The notes beneath the pieces are model-generated. The model ran no database searches. It was given only the letters and a program-made list of their open reading frames with translations, and was not told the DNA's origin. 64,000 nt of DNA from the human T2T-CHM13v2.0 reference genome, Homo sapiens: the NCBI RefSeq assembly GCF_009914755.1, contig NC_060932.1, one strand, 5' to 3'. This document shows positions 14,021 to 29,538 of this stretch, piece by piece. How positions within the stretch are numbered: the first letter of the stretch is position 1; each line of letters begins with the position of its first letter. The translations under genes and the position numbers were made by a program.

Positions 14021-14136
14021 CATTTTCTTTGTGTACAAATGCTCCCTGAGGAGATTCAGGGATCCCTTTCCAGACTGTGATTGGCTTGGGATAGCCAGGG
14101 TCCATTGTTTTCATTTCTTCACTATATCTCCAATAT
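14021..14136 (-). CDS. MMP16: MMP16 penultimate coding exon (exon 9), hemopexin repeat, 116 bp
   Basis: (R)YWRYSEEMKTMDPGYPKPITVWKGIPESPQGAFVHKEN(G). Acceptor ttttatcctttgtag|A, donor AATG|gtatgc, phases 2/1 fit the neighbouring exons. Confidence 0.97.
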
Positions 14137-14580
14137 CTACAAAGGATAAAAACAACAACAACAAACACAATAACACACATATAGGGAAAGATTATGCATA
14201 CAAACAATAATAGCTGACATTTATTAGACCTTTGCTGTGTGCTTGACTTTGTTACCTGTGCACCTGTTAATGATTTACAGAACTCCAACTGGCAAGCTCT
14301 TATTTAAATAACTGAAAATACAATGGGCATAAGGCATTTATTCTGTTTCTTCTCCTGCATATATTAAAAATGGGCATCTTATTGTCCATATCCTGCCTGT
14401 GTTAAAAATAAGTTCTTATTCAGTATGCTAAAGTGAATAAAAAGTGCTAGCTAAGTATATTTATAGTTCATAAGGACATCACCAACCTGCATATATATAT
14501 CAGAGGTTTTCATGAGTTTTTAAAAAACCTTTCTTAGGAAGCAGAACATTTTTTTGAAATAATCTTAAGCAGAATCTTGA

Positions 14581-15590
14581 TTTATTTATTCATTCGGTAC
14601 ATATTTAGTGAATATATATTATGTTCCTGGCGTTATTATAGGGCTAGAGATACAACGTTGGACAACACAGATATGCTGTGGCTCTCATTGATCTCACATT
14701 ATAGGATATGTGAGGATGGGCAATAAACCAATTTATCAATAAATACATACTATGATAGGAGGTGATAACAACTATGAAAAAAGCAAAGCAGATAAGAGTT
14801 ATCTAGGAGTATCTGAAGTCATGTTAAATTGGTGGACTGAGAGGTCCTGTCTGATAAGTTGACATCTGAGCAGAGAAAAGTGAGGAGCAATACATGCAGT
14901 CTTTGGGAGAAGAACATTCCAGGCAGAGAAACTAGGAATTGAAAATTCCTGTGGCAGGCACATGCTGGAGTACCTGTGTCTACAAGGAGGCTGGGGTGAC
15001 TGGAATTGAGTTAGTAATGTGGAGACATGGTGAGAGTAAGAACCAGAACCTAAGATTAGACAAGCATTTACACTACAGCGAGCCTTTGGCTTTACTCTAA
15101 GAGAGATGAGAAATCATATATATTTTGAACAGAGAAGCTTAAACTTATGGCTAAGTGTTGAAAAGAATACACTGGCTGCTATGAGTAAAAGAGTTTGAAG
15201 GAGATAAGGCAGAAGTAGGAATGCCAGTCGGGATGTCACTGCAATAATCCTTGGACTAGGGAGTCAATAGCTATAGGACTGATGATAAATCAAGGCATTT
15301 GGGATATATTTTAAAGGAAGAGCCAAAGGACTTATTCATGGATTAGATGTGGGATGTGAAAGAGAAGGAAGCTGAGCATGACTCAAGAATTTTAAGCCCG
15401 ATTATCTGGAAGAAGTATGTTGTCATTCAGTAAGGTAAGGAAGTAAGGGAAGGTAAGCTGAGAAGGATTGAGGAACCATGACTTTGGTGTTAACTACTTT
15501 AAATTCAGACTTCAAAGTGGACCTGTTGATGAGGAAACTGGGAATGTGAGTATAGACATTAGGGCTGGTCTTGATTGGAGTACTCAGTGT
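14581..15590 (-). mobile_element. L2 LINE 3' fragment
   Basis: Begins with a degenerate reverse-complement L2 3' end (ttattcattc...atatttagtg...tatgttcctggc...gggctagagataca), followed by purine-rich L2-like body. Boundaries approximate. Confidence 0.75.
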
Positions 15591-16879
15591 ATAGACATTA
15601 ATACAAGTAAAAGCAAAGCTCACCAAGAGTTAGAACTCTCAGACTCTCATCCCTTCACAGGCTAGTCCGTGAGCCACTTTCACAGAACCCCTAGACTTCC
15701 AAGGAACAAATTGTGAACATCCCTACTTTGGATCACTCATTATTGTCCATGTATTTTAGGAGTAAAATAAGTTTATATTTTGAATGGTCACAAAGATTGA
15801 CAAAATAGGGTAAAATCACTGGGAGTTCACAGTGATATCACCTATTTCGGGCAGCCCTATTGCTCTATGCATTATTTTATTTAATCACAACAAACCTATG
15901 AGATAGTCATCACTGTCCCCATTTGAGAGAGGAGAATTCTTGGAGGACAATGAATGATAGGTAGAAATATAACCATGTTTGTCTGATTTCAAAAGTATCT
16001 GCTATTTCACCATAAAGGCAGTTTCCAAGTTTATTTTGATGCCACCAAATACGTTTCCCAATTTTATTTGACAATGCTTTTCCCCCCACTAAACATCTAT
16101 GGTGATCTACTAAAGCTAGTGTTTTGCCAACACATATTTGGGAAATGATACATTTAAAAAAATTATCTTTGACTTAGCCATTTTATCTGAAATTAGAAAA
16201 AAATAAGTATTTTCTAGTTTGGATATGCCTCTGCCAGGCCCATGGAGGATTCTTTACCTAACAGAGCTCTGGGGTCCTGTGCAAAAGGCTTTCCTATAAA
16301 TTCCTAGAAACCTCACTTGAGTAACATCTGGAATTCCTCCATCTTCCTCCATCTTCAACGTGCACATAGAAATGGGAAAAAGATTGTTTCAGGAAGTGTA
16401 CTAAGAAGTAATGCCCAAAGAGGAGTTTACACCAAAAGGGAAACTGTCACAGGTATTTGTTGCAGGTTCTCATCACATCGAAGATGAGAACAGATCTGAC
16501 GAACAGATCAGAAATAGCTTCATGGAGAAGCACTGAGCTGAAAGAATCGTGCCTGGACTGCATCTTTCTGAAGAGGACAATGAAGTGGAATCATTAGTGT
16601 ATCATGCCACCAATTCTAAAATAAATTTTCTTTCACATTTTGTTCATGGAAACATTTACTTTTAAATTTAAATATTTAAATTAAACATCATTTCTGAATA
16701 TTCTTCTCCCACAGAACATTCTGTGATGAATGGTTAATGCAGCTGAGATTTGCTCATAATCTAAAGATCTCTTCTCTCAGGTAAATATCTCAGTGGGGTT
16801 TACAATAGTTATTTAATATATATGTTAACTGCTTTCCACACTTGAGCAAACAAAGTGTCTTGCAGAGAAACAGTCAAAT

Positions 16880-17050
16880 ACCTATTTCATGGATCCTAAG
16901 AAACACTTTTTCACATTTTACATCTCTCAACATCAGAATGCCCTTACAATAGATGCAGCGTCGGTTTACTTGACAGGGTTTCCTCTCATAATAGAATAAA
17001 TAATGACATATCTTAACAATACATGGCACTTTTAGATGACATAAACTATA
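16880..17050. mobile_element. Small DNA transposon relic, MER96-like
   Basis: cctatttcatggatcctaagaaacac...cacattttacatctctc...gcccttacaatagatg resembles the MER96 family as I recall it. Confidence 0.45.
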
Positions 17051-17093
17051 ACTTAAAGTGAGCTTTTAAATTCTAACTTAAAATTTGGACTAG

Positions 17094-17806
<713 letters not shown>

Positions 17807-19379
17807 TCATGTAGAAATAACTACACGTCATGTAGCATTTTGTAGCTATAAAGTAAATTTATATACATATATTGTTGTGCTTAAATCCCTCAAGTCTTTT
17901 ATATCACATATTACAATGTTCTCTATAATAATGTCCTAACCATAGATTTAGTATGAATTGTCACTCAATTTAAGCAATGACAGAGCATTGGGTATCATAT
18001 TATTCAAAGACAATTGACTTAGTCACATTTACTGTGTTTGAATGTGGTAGAATTGAAATTCAAATGTTACTGCTAGTATCTGCCTGTGGTTCTTATTCTC
18101 TCAATGCTGTCGTTCAAACAACTGGTGTTCATTGTTTGGGTATAGCTTTCCTTTCTTGCTTAGTCTGTTCATTCATAGATTCATTCACCCACTGATGCTT
18201 TTCTGTGCACCTATATTATATGCCAGACTCATAGGATTCAGAGAGATCTCATTTCAGGAAAATGTTAATGGAATGTAAATTTTATTACACTCTTTTGTAG
18301 GAACATAATTCGGGTATGAATTTGTCAACATAAATGCATTTTTCCCTCTCCTAGCAGATAATGCAAAACAATAATTTAGGATCATTTTACAATTTTAGAA
18401 AAACTCAACATAGGCTCAAACCCAAAGGTTGTCTGCTTTGTGTCAGCTTTGAAATATTTCCAGTAAACTAGAATGCAATTAGAATTATCTATATTTAGTG
18501 CTGTCTTATAAAAGGTGCTGAGGCTTACTCATAAATATTGCTTTATATTTTAATTTCCAACATATTTGAGCTTATGTCAACATGAACAAAAAAATCTCAT
18601 CCCACTGAGTTCTTCCCCCTGAAAAATAAGCTTATAGATGCATTGAGAAGTAAATTAGCATATTCAGATCGGAACACTGTGTACATCAACCATTTGGGGG
18701 GTTTAAAATGTAGATATTTTCATGGAAAACATTGAAATTTTGTGTGGGAGGGTCAATAAGTGATGAAAGCTATTATAAATGAACCTCATAGCTCTTTCTT
18801 CTGATTCATCAGTTATCTCTACTGTAAAATTTTGACTTTAATCAGATAATTTTTTGGAGATTAGCAGTCTTAATCAATGCCCCAAAGTCCCATTCCTCAG
18901 AATCAGTCTTAAAAATGCAACAGAATAGAAAATATCAATATATCAGTTTTTGCTGTATTTTTGAACGACTCAAAAACATATACATCAAAAAATTACTTTG
19001 TAAACATAACACTTAAGCTGGAAGAAATAAACGTATTTTTCTATTTGACTGTTAGTGACGATAATAATTAAGAAAATAAAGTAGGTCTACATTTTGTTAT
19101 TTTTATTTGAAAATACCTTAAAATTCTCAACAGCTAAGCTTCTTATGAAATATGGCAATAGAGTCTTAGATATGTTTGTGAGATGTTGAGAGATGACTTA
19201 GAAACATAGCATTTTAAGCTAAATGTTATGAAGATCAAAACATATCCAAGTACCAAATTGTAGTGTATTAACAAAAGGGCAAGTAGGAATCCGAGGGACT
19301 GAGTTCCATGCTGTATATGAAATAGTACAACACTAGATATTTTAATCTGAATTTACAGATTTATTTAAAGAACCGTCAT

Positions 19380-20444
19380 TTCATCTACTCTCTTTAGCTA
19401 TCTCTATACTTAGAAGATTTCACATGGACTCCTGCTTTCAATACCATTTATATGTCAATAACTCTGAGATCTGTGCCTCCAACTAAACTTTCCATTAAGA
19501 TGCAAACTCAATTATCCAACCACCTACTTGACTTCTTCACTTGGTGTATAAATAGGCACCTCAGTCAAGCATGGACATTTCAATCTCTTAATCCCCTTCC
19601 CCCAATATTCCTTTCTGTGTCTGCCTTATCTCCAGATAAGGTGCTATCTGCTTAATTACTTGAGTGAAAAGCCTAGAAGTTGCCCTGATTTATTTTGTTC
19701 CTCCCCTAAAATCCAAGCCCTGAGGACAACTTGTTATCATACTCAAAATGTATCCTGCACCCACCCACTTTGCTCCATCTCCACTGCTACCATCATGTCT
19801 TCCTGCACTCCTTCAATGGTCTCCCAGTTACCCTCCACGCCTCCACTCTTGGAGCCCATTCTTCACATAGAAGCCAGCACAATCTGTGTGAATACACAGA
19901 AGATCATGTCACTTTCCTGTTGAAAACCCTCCAATGCCTCTTCCCTGTACTTAGAATAAAATTCAAACTGTTTGCCATGGGCTACAGGGCCCTGTGAAAT
20001 CTGGTCCCTATCAACCAGTTTGACTTCTTCCACCACTTAACCATTATGCTCTAGCAACACTGTTTTTGAACAATCCAACTTCTTTCCTACATTATTGCCT
20101 TTGCATGACTATAGCATCCACCTGCAACACATTGTCCTGAACAGCTTTCTATGGCTGAAACTTCTTCCTACTCAAGTCCCCACTCAAGTGTCCCCTTAAC
20201 AAGTGAGGCCTTCTCCCAAGTCAACCCTAAGTCCCAACCTGTCCTTACCACCAGGAGTCTCATTTCTCACTGTGAAAATTATCAGGGTCATTTATTTGTT
20301 TACTGTTTATTATTTGTCTCCCCCAACACAGTCTAAGTGCCATGAAACTAGGAGCTCTGTGGTCTTTCTACTACTCCATCTTCATTACCTAGCACATGTC
20401 ACATACTTTGTGCTTCAAAATGCATTTTTGAATGAATGAAATGA
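19380..20444 (+). mobile_element. L2 LINE 3' fragment
   Basis: Pyrimidine-rich body with gatcatgtcactttcctgttgaaaaccctccaatg..., ending in the diagnostic gaatgaatgaa. Confidence 0.8.
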
Positions 20445-22548
20445 GTGCTAGGGTAGGACAGGTGCAGAAATCTTAAGGAAGCAGGCACTAGAGCTACTGA
20501 GAATAGAATGTGCTGCCTCATGTTCATACTGTCACAGGCAGTTTGGTGGAGAGGGAAGGGTACTCTTGGGCTGTAATTGAGGGTATCTAGATTTTGGTAG
20601 GAAGTGAACAACATGTAGGGCTGACATATGGCAGCATCTAATTTAAAGATGTGCTGTGTTTGCCTAGTAGATTATTTTAAGTGATCTTGATTTTGAATGC
20701 TTTTCTGGAGTTTTTGCACTTTCCACCTTACCGCAGTACTCATCATTCGCTATTGCGCAACTTGGATATACTGCTTTACCTAGTATTACAGCCGTTATTC
20801 ACCTGATCTCTTTAAGGACTTGAATTTTTTACAGCGGCTCTAGAGACTCACTAAAATCCTTTTTGCTCTTAGCCTTAGAGAAATAGAAAACTGCTGACAT
20901 AACTTTTTTTCTTTTTTATAAGCAGAAAAATGGCAGTGGGAGAAGAGGGGAGAAATAATAAAACATAAATTCTCATATAAAAGTGACAACTAAATTGTTG
21001 TGTTTTTGTTTCAGATAGAGAGTTTAATGTCTTTTCCGTCTAAGTTTTAAATCTAGAATAAATATATTGATAACTGCTGTTCACTCTGGAAATATATAAT
21101 TATATGACTATGGAGTAATCTGTTTATAAAACATCTATAACTCATGACATCTTACATAAGATCACACACATGGAAATTAATTGAAACCCTGCTTTCAGTT
21201 TTTTTAAACCTATAAAACCATAGTCATTTAAATAGAGCTTAAAAGTAATAAAGGCATTTCTATATATTTTCTATATTTGGCATGTAGCTTTTCAAGCGGG
21301 GAGTAAATGATCTAAAAAACCCTTTTCCCATTTTCTATAGTCTTTATTCTTCTATACTTTTGGCATCTAACCTCCACTGATTTCACAAATTTAAGGTAGT
21401 TCACGTTTAATCCTGAAACTTAAATGTTCCAATAAGTAATAAATTTTTAGAATGAAAACATTTTAAATGTAATCCCTACATTTGTGGGAAAAAGAGCTAT
21501 CTGATAATGAAATGGGCATTTTTATTATTATCTATGAAACTCTAATTAAGCTGTTACATGAAAGTTAAGCTTCCATTTTCTGTCCCCTAGTAGCTAACTT
21601 CTCCAAAGTGTCTCCTCAGCCTTTCATTTTTGCCCTTTTTTGAGAAAAAGAAAAAAGTGCAACTCCGTATAGTACCGAGTTCTGCATGGGTACATTCAAG
21701 CAATTAAAATCAGCTGGTGAATTTAACAACCTTAAGAGTTATACCATTTTAAAGAATATGTTATAAGTCTGCAGATTTACTTTCATTAGTGGCCACTATG
21801 CAGTGGCAATACAGTTCTTCCTCTTTCATAGTCTATTACATGGACATCCTGTTGAGAGTCATTACACTTTTTGGGGCTTTAAGTAGCATCTTCTCCTTTG
21901 ATCAAATTTTTGTTTGATAGATCTTTTAAATTTGTGATTTAGTAAGAAACATTATAGCACAGCCTAGCTTTATTATAACGAATTAAAATCTATGAGCATT
22001 TTGCTATGGAAAAATATAGGAATATTGCATATACAGTTAGTAAAAGGATAAATTTAAAAGTGTACATTCTTATTCATGGAAGCCAATTATAGCAACTTTT
22101 TGTTCTCACATAAAGCTTAATGTTTGAAACCATTTGGAATTAAAAATTGTAAATTTCCGAATAAACAAAGTTTGTAGCCTTACTTACTTTTCTCCTAAAG
22201 TTGGAGACATTGCATAGGGTTATTCTATGCTAAGATAATATGGCAAACTCAATACTGGCATGTTGGACATTAAAGCCTGTATTTTGTATGTGTGTATTTT
22301 CTTAAAAATTTACTCATAAATGGAAGTATAATGGCAGACTTAAGTCATCCTACAAACAATGAAGACTACTTATGAATTTCTCATTGTGAGCTAGCTAGTA
22401 ATAATTTAATTAAAATTTGATTTTTTATATTTTTAAATATTTATTTAAATTAATACAAATATAGGCTTCAACTTACATATATTCCATTTGTAATATCTGT
22501 TAACAAATGGGCAGGGCTAGGGCTATATCTGCCTAAAAGCTACTGTAA

Positions 22549-22872
<324 letters not shown>

Positions 22873-23479
22873 TAAAGTAACAATTCTCTCTCATTTTGTG
22901 AACACTGTTAGCAATATCACAAAAGGAAAAAAATAAGAGAGTAAAATAGTTGGGAAAAAATATTATACTTCAAGCTAAAAGTAATTAGCCCAGTGATAGT
23001 TTGACTATGGTAGCTTCTTAAGAAATAGAATCTGTGACTAAACTGAAATTATTTGGAAGTCTTCACAATTTATTGTACACAAAGTATAAAAATTTAACTT
23101 TGAGTGTGAAAACACAAAAATCCTGTGCTTGAAAGTATTTTTTTTCTAAACAAAGTAAGTAAAATTCCCCAAAAGATGCATTGCAAGGATACATATATAC
23201 ACTGCTTACATAGCATTATGGGCATGTTACAATTATGGGGAAATGAAAAAAAACATATGCTAGGTATACACATTCATAAGAAAGTCACATTAGCTGAATA
23301 TATTAGAGAAAGATTTATCTTAAATATTATTTGAAATGTAAAACAATTTTTAATTGCATTAACTCCTGTGTTAAATCCACCAGGATTCTTCAACAGCTGA
23401 TGCCTCTGATAGACTAGAAATGCTGATTTTCTAAACATTGGTTAATTAACTGTTTTTCTCATGAGAAGTGTATACTGAC

Positions 23480-23630
23480 CTGTCTCCCTTGAAGAAATAG
23501 GTTTTCCCGACGTCCTCCCACCAAATGGCTGAATCAATACCATGAGGGGGAATTCCACTTCCAAGGGTTATCAAGTCATGAGGGTAACCAGGTTGAAGAG
23601 TTGTATCCTTGAACACCCAATATTTGTTAC
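23480..23630 (-). CDS. MMP16: MMP16 exon 8, hemopexin repeat, 151 bp (absent from the ORF track)
   Basis: Manual translation gives (G)NKYWVFKDTTLQPGYPHDLITLGSGIPPHGIDSAIWWEDVGKTYFFKGD(R). Acceptor ttccatacag|GT, donor GACAG|gtcagt, phases 1/2. Confidence 0.97.
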
Positions 23631-23697
23631 CTGTATGGAATAAGTGTAAATGTAGAATATATTAATTTAATGTCATAATTAGAATATATCTATGAAC

Positions 23698-23757
23698 ACA
23701 TTTAAAATTATATTAAATACATATTATACATTTAAAATTATACTAAATATATATTAT
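23698..23757. repeat. 30-bp AT-rich tandem duplication near the exon 8 acceptor
   Basis: acatttaaaattatattaaatacatattat / acatttaaaattatactaaatatatattat (2 mismatches). Confidence 0.85.
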
Positions 23758-25134
23758 ATTAAATACTTGAAATAAGTTATTAGTTGTCCCATCTGGAATA
23801 TTAATGTTATCTTTGAAATATCATTCAGAAGTGGATATAATGAATACTTTATTAATATAATAATATAACCAAAATTTGTGAGTGAATTTAAAAAATAAAA
23901 TAGATCTATAACTTTGCCATAAAGAAACAATTCTGAGTCAAGGATGAAGGATTCTTCCCCTAAGAATTAGAGGTCCTACGTCTTTTTCAAGGCTAAATCA
24001 TTCCTGTATTTTGAGCAACGGGTATGCCCTCAGATTGGCTTAGTGATTATAACTTCTACTTGACTGAAACACCTCCTCTGGGCTGGTCCTTTTCTCTGAT
24101 TATGTAAATGTTCACAAGTCTCCCTAGTCTTATACATTCATCCTCCCTTGACCTCATGCCCTCTTATAACTGTTAACTCTATTCATGTCTTTAAGAGTGG
24201 TAACTGAGGGGAGGAAAATTTTAACCTTAACCATGTTTGGAATTGCTGGAGCATGGCATGATGATACTAAAAAGCAGACAAAAGCAGACAGGCTTTAGTC
24301 AGTTTTATTGCTGTTTGACAATTCTCTACAGACAGCACATATCCTCATGCCCTCCCTGTGCCCCTGGCTGACTGTGCCCACCACTTCCCTTTCTGGTATG
24401 CCTATCAAGTTTCAGTCCACTGAAGCTTTTTGTTCTGGAGTCACCAATGCCCTCCAACTAAAAAATTTTCCACCCTTATCTATTGACACTATTGACCACC
24501 TTAAGTACTTTCCTCTCTGAGCTGTGAGAAAACCATTTTCTTTTGTTTTGTTTGTTCTCTAGCTGCTCCTTTCTGGGCTTATTGTATTTTACTCAGCCCT
24601 TGAATGTTATTGTTTCCTAGGACTCTGTTCTCTGCTCTCCTCTTCTTATCCTAAATAAGGAAGGGCCACAAACTCAAATAACTACAGGGGCCAGGTTAGG
24701 GATGATAGTAGTAGTGCAGTATCTCCACTAATATTAAGATACTTCCATAAAAGTCAGTAAACACCCATTACCCTAAAGTTGTATTTCCCTCCTTCCCCAA
24801 GTCCTCTTCTCCTGGGGCTTCTGAAACATTCTACAATCCAGCATTGTCTTGGATCTCTAGCACCTCCTGGGGTTAATATCTGGCAAAGTAAGGTGTCCCA
24901 ACGTCCTTTCTACAATATTTCAAAACCACCCACAGATAAGGACTATGATAAACCGTAGCTTTCATGTAATACCTAAGGGTCTTCAAAAAATTTTAAAAAC
25001 GTGCTCTCAACACAAAATAAGCAAACAAAAACCACACATCTTTAGGCTAAATTTAGTTAGGAGTTTCTAGTTTGTAACCATGGGTAATCTCATTTACTCC
25101 AAGAGCTTCTACTACCATTTGATACCATTTAAGT

Positions 25135-26700
25135 TAAAACAACATTTATTGAGTATCTTCAAGCATCCCAAGTATCATGCCAGGTACTAAGGATACCACA
25201 GAGGATAAGAAACCTGATCGCTACCCTGATCATCCTACATGACAGCAGAAGAAGCAGATGAAAACCAAATATACACATATATAACTTCAGTAATTGAAAA
25301 ACTACTGAAGGCTTGAAAACAAAAAACAGAGGTTGAGGAAAAAAATAAAGGGAACTTACTTTAAGTAAAAAGGTCAGGGAAGACCTCTCTGAAGAAATAC
25401 ACCAAAATCTAAAGAAAGAGAAGGTAATAAATATGCAAAGAATATTGGGAAGTGCATTCAGAGCAGAGGACAGTCTGGGATGATCAACAAATTGAAAGAA
25501 GATCAGTAATTTGTAATAAGCAAGTATAAAATCTTTGCAAATCAACATAATGAGTTGGAATCTTACTTAGAGTGTACTGGAGGCCATCAAGGAGATTAAG
25601 TTTGTGTTGGGTTGTGATTGGTTTTATATTTTAAAATGATTTTTGGAGACAAATGGATTATAAAGGGAAGAATGAAAATAAGATGACCCATCAAGAGTCT
25701 TTGGCAAGAATTAATTGAATCATTCACTCAATAATTACTTAGTACATGTACCAGGCACTGTTGTAGGCACTACTGATAGAGAAGTGAACCAGAAGGTCAA
25801 CATCTCTATCTCATGAAGCTTAGATATCAGTGAGTGAGTATGAATCAAACAGATGAATAAATTAAAACTTCAGAAAGCAAAGTGCTATACAAATGGAGAA
25901 AGAAAAAAGGATATTAAGGTGACAGTGATGGGATTTGGGGCTACTTTGTATTAGATGCAGGAGAGATCTCTTTATTCAACTGTGACATATAATTCAAAGG
26001 AGCCAGACCACTGAAGATTGTTTGAGGTAAAAGAAACATAAAGAATAAATGCCATAATGGGAAGAAGCTTATTGTGCAGCTAGAATAGAGTGTGATAGGA
26101 GTGTATAATGATAGAGGTGAGGATCATGTAACCCCTGTAGGAGTTGAACTTTATTCTAAATGAAATAGGAAGTCATTGAACAGTTAAATCAAAAAGTTCT
26201 TTGACAGTGGTTTGGACCAACACAGCAGAAATAGAGATGGAAAGGATAAAATAAAGTCAGGACATATTTTGGAGATGGAATTGATAGGCATTGCCAAGGG
26301 AAATAAAATAAAGATAATATTAAGAATGATCTTCAAGTTCTGGCTTGTGTAGATAAGTGAATAACAGTGTTATTTAGTAAGACAAGACTAAAGGTGAATG
26401 GGCTGTTGGAAGTTTAAATCAAGAGTCTGAGATGTCAATGAGATATCTACATAAAGAAGTCATGTAGGCAACCAGGTATGTCAGTTTGAAAATAAGTTTG
26501 TAAGACACAAGCATATATGTGGCATTTATAAATTTAGGATGTGTTGAGATTATCCTGGGATGAGTATACACAGAAGATAAAGAGTAACCAGAACTGGACT
26601 TCTAGAAATCCATGATCATTAGAAAAGATCACATAAAGGAAGAGGGAAGAGGAGGCACATCAGGAGAAAGAAGAGGCAGTGTTAAAGACAAAAGTAAAAG
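25135..26700 (-). mobile_element. L2 fragments (probably two overlapping copies)
   Basis: aacatttattgagtatc...atgccaggtactaaggata and a second attcactcaataattacttagtacatgtaccaggcactgttgtaggcac, both reverse-complement L2 ends. Boundaries approximate. Confidence 0.65.
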
Positions 26701-28476
26701 AAAACATCAGAAGGCAAAAAGAAAAAAGTGTAGTCATAAATGACTATCTCTGATCCAAATATCTCTTGAAAGCCAACTAGTATCTATAGTTATCTGATGG
26801 GATTTTCTACAAAGTCCAAATTTGAACTCATCTGAATACCTTTCTTATTTTCCCTCTTTGGGTAGATGGAATACTAGTTATTCGTGGCTGACATCAGAAA
26901 CATCCTTGTTCCTCATTTTCCATATTTAATGGATCATTACATTCAGCTGATTTCAATTCCTAACTCTCACTTATAACTGTCCTTTGAAGGCTGTTCTTTT
27001 TACCAATGGTCCTTTATATCATCCCTTCCATCGTCCCTTCTAAAGGTAATACTATCACTGTAAGACTAGAGCCAGTCAAAATGCTGTGCTGCAGAGTAAG
27101 CTATGGAGACATGGCTTCATCTGATAAGCAGAGATAAGCAGAACCATCCATGTCTCTCTCTTGGGAAGATGACCCAGAGAACACCGAGAGATTTTCCCTC
27201 TAAGCAGGGGAAATTGACTATTTTTATATAATACGAAGCCTGAGAAGCCAAGATGGCCAGAGGAAGCAGATATTAAGAGGAGGCAGAAATTGAATAAAAG
27301 AGATGGACTGAAAGAGAAAAGAGAATGAGAAGAGATAAAAAAAAAAAAAGTGATACAAGGAGCAAAGCTATGAATGGGAGAGGGGCCAGCAGGCAAGTGT
27401 AGCAAGTTCCTGGCTGTCTGAGTTTCTGTTACACACCCACTCCTTACCATAAGTTCCCCATAAGCTCAATTAACCTTACTGGGTTTATTTTTCTTTTAAC
27501 TGAATGAGACTGTTCAACGTAAAATTGTGAACAATCAAATATCATGTAAGTGGTTAGGTACATCTGAGCCCAAGCCTGTTGGCCAGAATCCTAGCTTTAG
27601 CCAATGGTACCATGCTGTCTTCCAGCCATGAGACTTAAGAGAAACCTGTGTATTTCCTAGCTTATGTTATTTCAACAGTTTCCTTTCTCGTTTTCCTGTC
27701 TCCAGCCAGTCTCCTTTTTATCTATCCTCCACAAAGTCAAGAAAGGGATTTCTTGAAAATGCATACTTGATTTTTGCCTCTCTTTTGTTTAAAAATTTCA
27801 GTGGTTTCTTATTGCATTCAGGATAAAACCCAAATTCATTATATGTCATTTCAAGGTTCCTTTCAGTACGGGTGTCTTATCTCATCTACATTCCACTTAT
27901 CTCCATTTATGGAAAACTAGGATGACACTTTCAAAACTTAGCTTAGCACGATTTCTCTGAAAAGCATTTCCTATCTGAGTATGATGGGCACCTTACATTG
28001 CCAAATTACCGGCATTTACCTTCATCTTATTACTTAGTACATTGTACCTTGATGAATCACAAGCCTGCCACCCACTCTAGGGTGTGAATAACTTGAGGAA
28101 AAACACTACATCGAACACATTATTTTCGTGTAGCACCTCATGTATAGTGTTTGGAAAGTAGGTGCTTAATAAATAAATAGTTACTGATGCAAAGAACCAT
28201 GTTTAATATTACATGGCTACTCAAATATAGGATCAAAAATCTAACAAAAGGCACAATAAAGGCTACATAAATAACATTGAGGGCATTAGTTTGGAATCTT
28301 GTTAGTACAGCAAGAAAGAAAAATTTTACAACCACTAGCAAGAGTGGGAAAATATAAGGCATGCCTTGGTATTGTGCTGAAAAATCATTTATTTAAGTGA
28401 TTATATTTAACCAAGTGTTGGGAAATATGGTCATAAAAATGCAAACTTACCCCGAGCCCTTGTATAATCTGAATAT

Positions 28477-28479
<3 letters not shown>

Positions 28480-28511
<32 letters not shown>
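28480..28511. repeat. (AC)16 microsatellite
   Basis: Read directly from the sequence. Confidence 0.95.
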
Positions 28512-28513
<2 letters not shown>

Positions 28514-29538
28514 CTCATCCTAAAGGCCCAGATCACTTCCTTGCCAGAGTCAGTGAGTTGGAAAATCCAGAAAGCTGTTTCACAGCATGCTCTATATTTT
28601 AGTCAAATCCCTGTGGCATTAAAATAGAAAGTCTTAAAACAATAGAAGAAAGAGAAAGAAAGGCCTCTTCTGTTGGCCTATACCTCAGTGACTTATTGCA
28701 CCCTTTCCTTTCATCTCCTTTTTAATTAGGAAGGAGTATGCAGTTTCAATGCCTCTCATGCTAGCTATTTAGGGTACATCTTGTGTCAGCTCAACTCAGT
28801 TGGTTGTCCCTTTCAAGCAGAAGCATTCTAGTATGCTTTTGATCACTTCCTTTTGCAGCTCCTAAATTTGCTTATCATTTGCATGATAATTTCTTCCAGG
28901 CTTTTTTTAGTGATGACACTAGGCTCATCAATAACCAGGATGCCCTGGTGCATGGAGCAGGAGAAATGGTTCACAGAAGCTTAGTTTATATGTAGTCCCG
29001 GTGTCTCAGTAGAGGATAATGTGTGAAAAAAGAAAAGGAATTACAGTTCTTATAGGAAATTGTTATTATTCTACTTAAAAAACTGTTATTGTTGCTGTTT
29101 ATAAAAACTATGCATTGAAAATACTTTCCTGTACTGTTGGTCTAGTATTTTCCATACACAAAAGGGAGAAATAATCAGTCTTTCACTTTTTAATGATCAA
29201 GTCCTTTGTATAAAACAGCTCAATCAGCTTTTTTTTTTTTCTTAACCTGCTAGGAAAAATGTACTTATATTCCCTTTATGAAAACAAAGCAAAATAGAGA
29301 GCTTATCAGTAAACATTTGCTATAAAGTTGCATGACAGAATTCCAGCAGTTATTCTCACAAAATTAAGAAATACCACCTTGCCTGCTGAGTATCTGTGGC
29401 ATAGAATTCATGGAAATAACTCAATAATAATTATGAGTGATAACATTTAATTTTCTGAGTGTTTATTGAGAAAATACAATTATACAATTCCTTTTGTATC
29501 TTGATGAGTTAAGATTTTCATATGAAAAAACTGAAATG

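Noticed and set aside
23625-23632. Exon 8 begins cag|GTAACA, resembling a recursive (AG/GT) splice site
   Set aside because: Explained by Gly-Asn codons; GTAACA lacks the +5 G, so it is a poor donor.
27060-27510. Possible ancient LTR and 124-aa ORF
   Set aside because: Too diverged to assign by eye, and the ORF is low-complexity.
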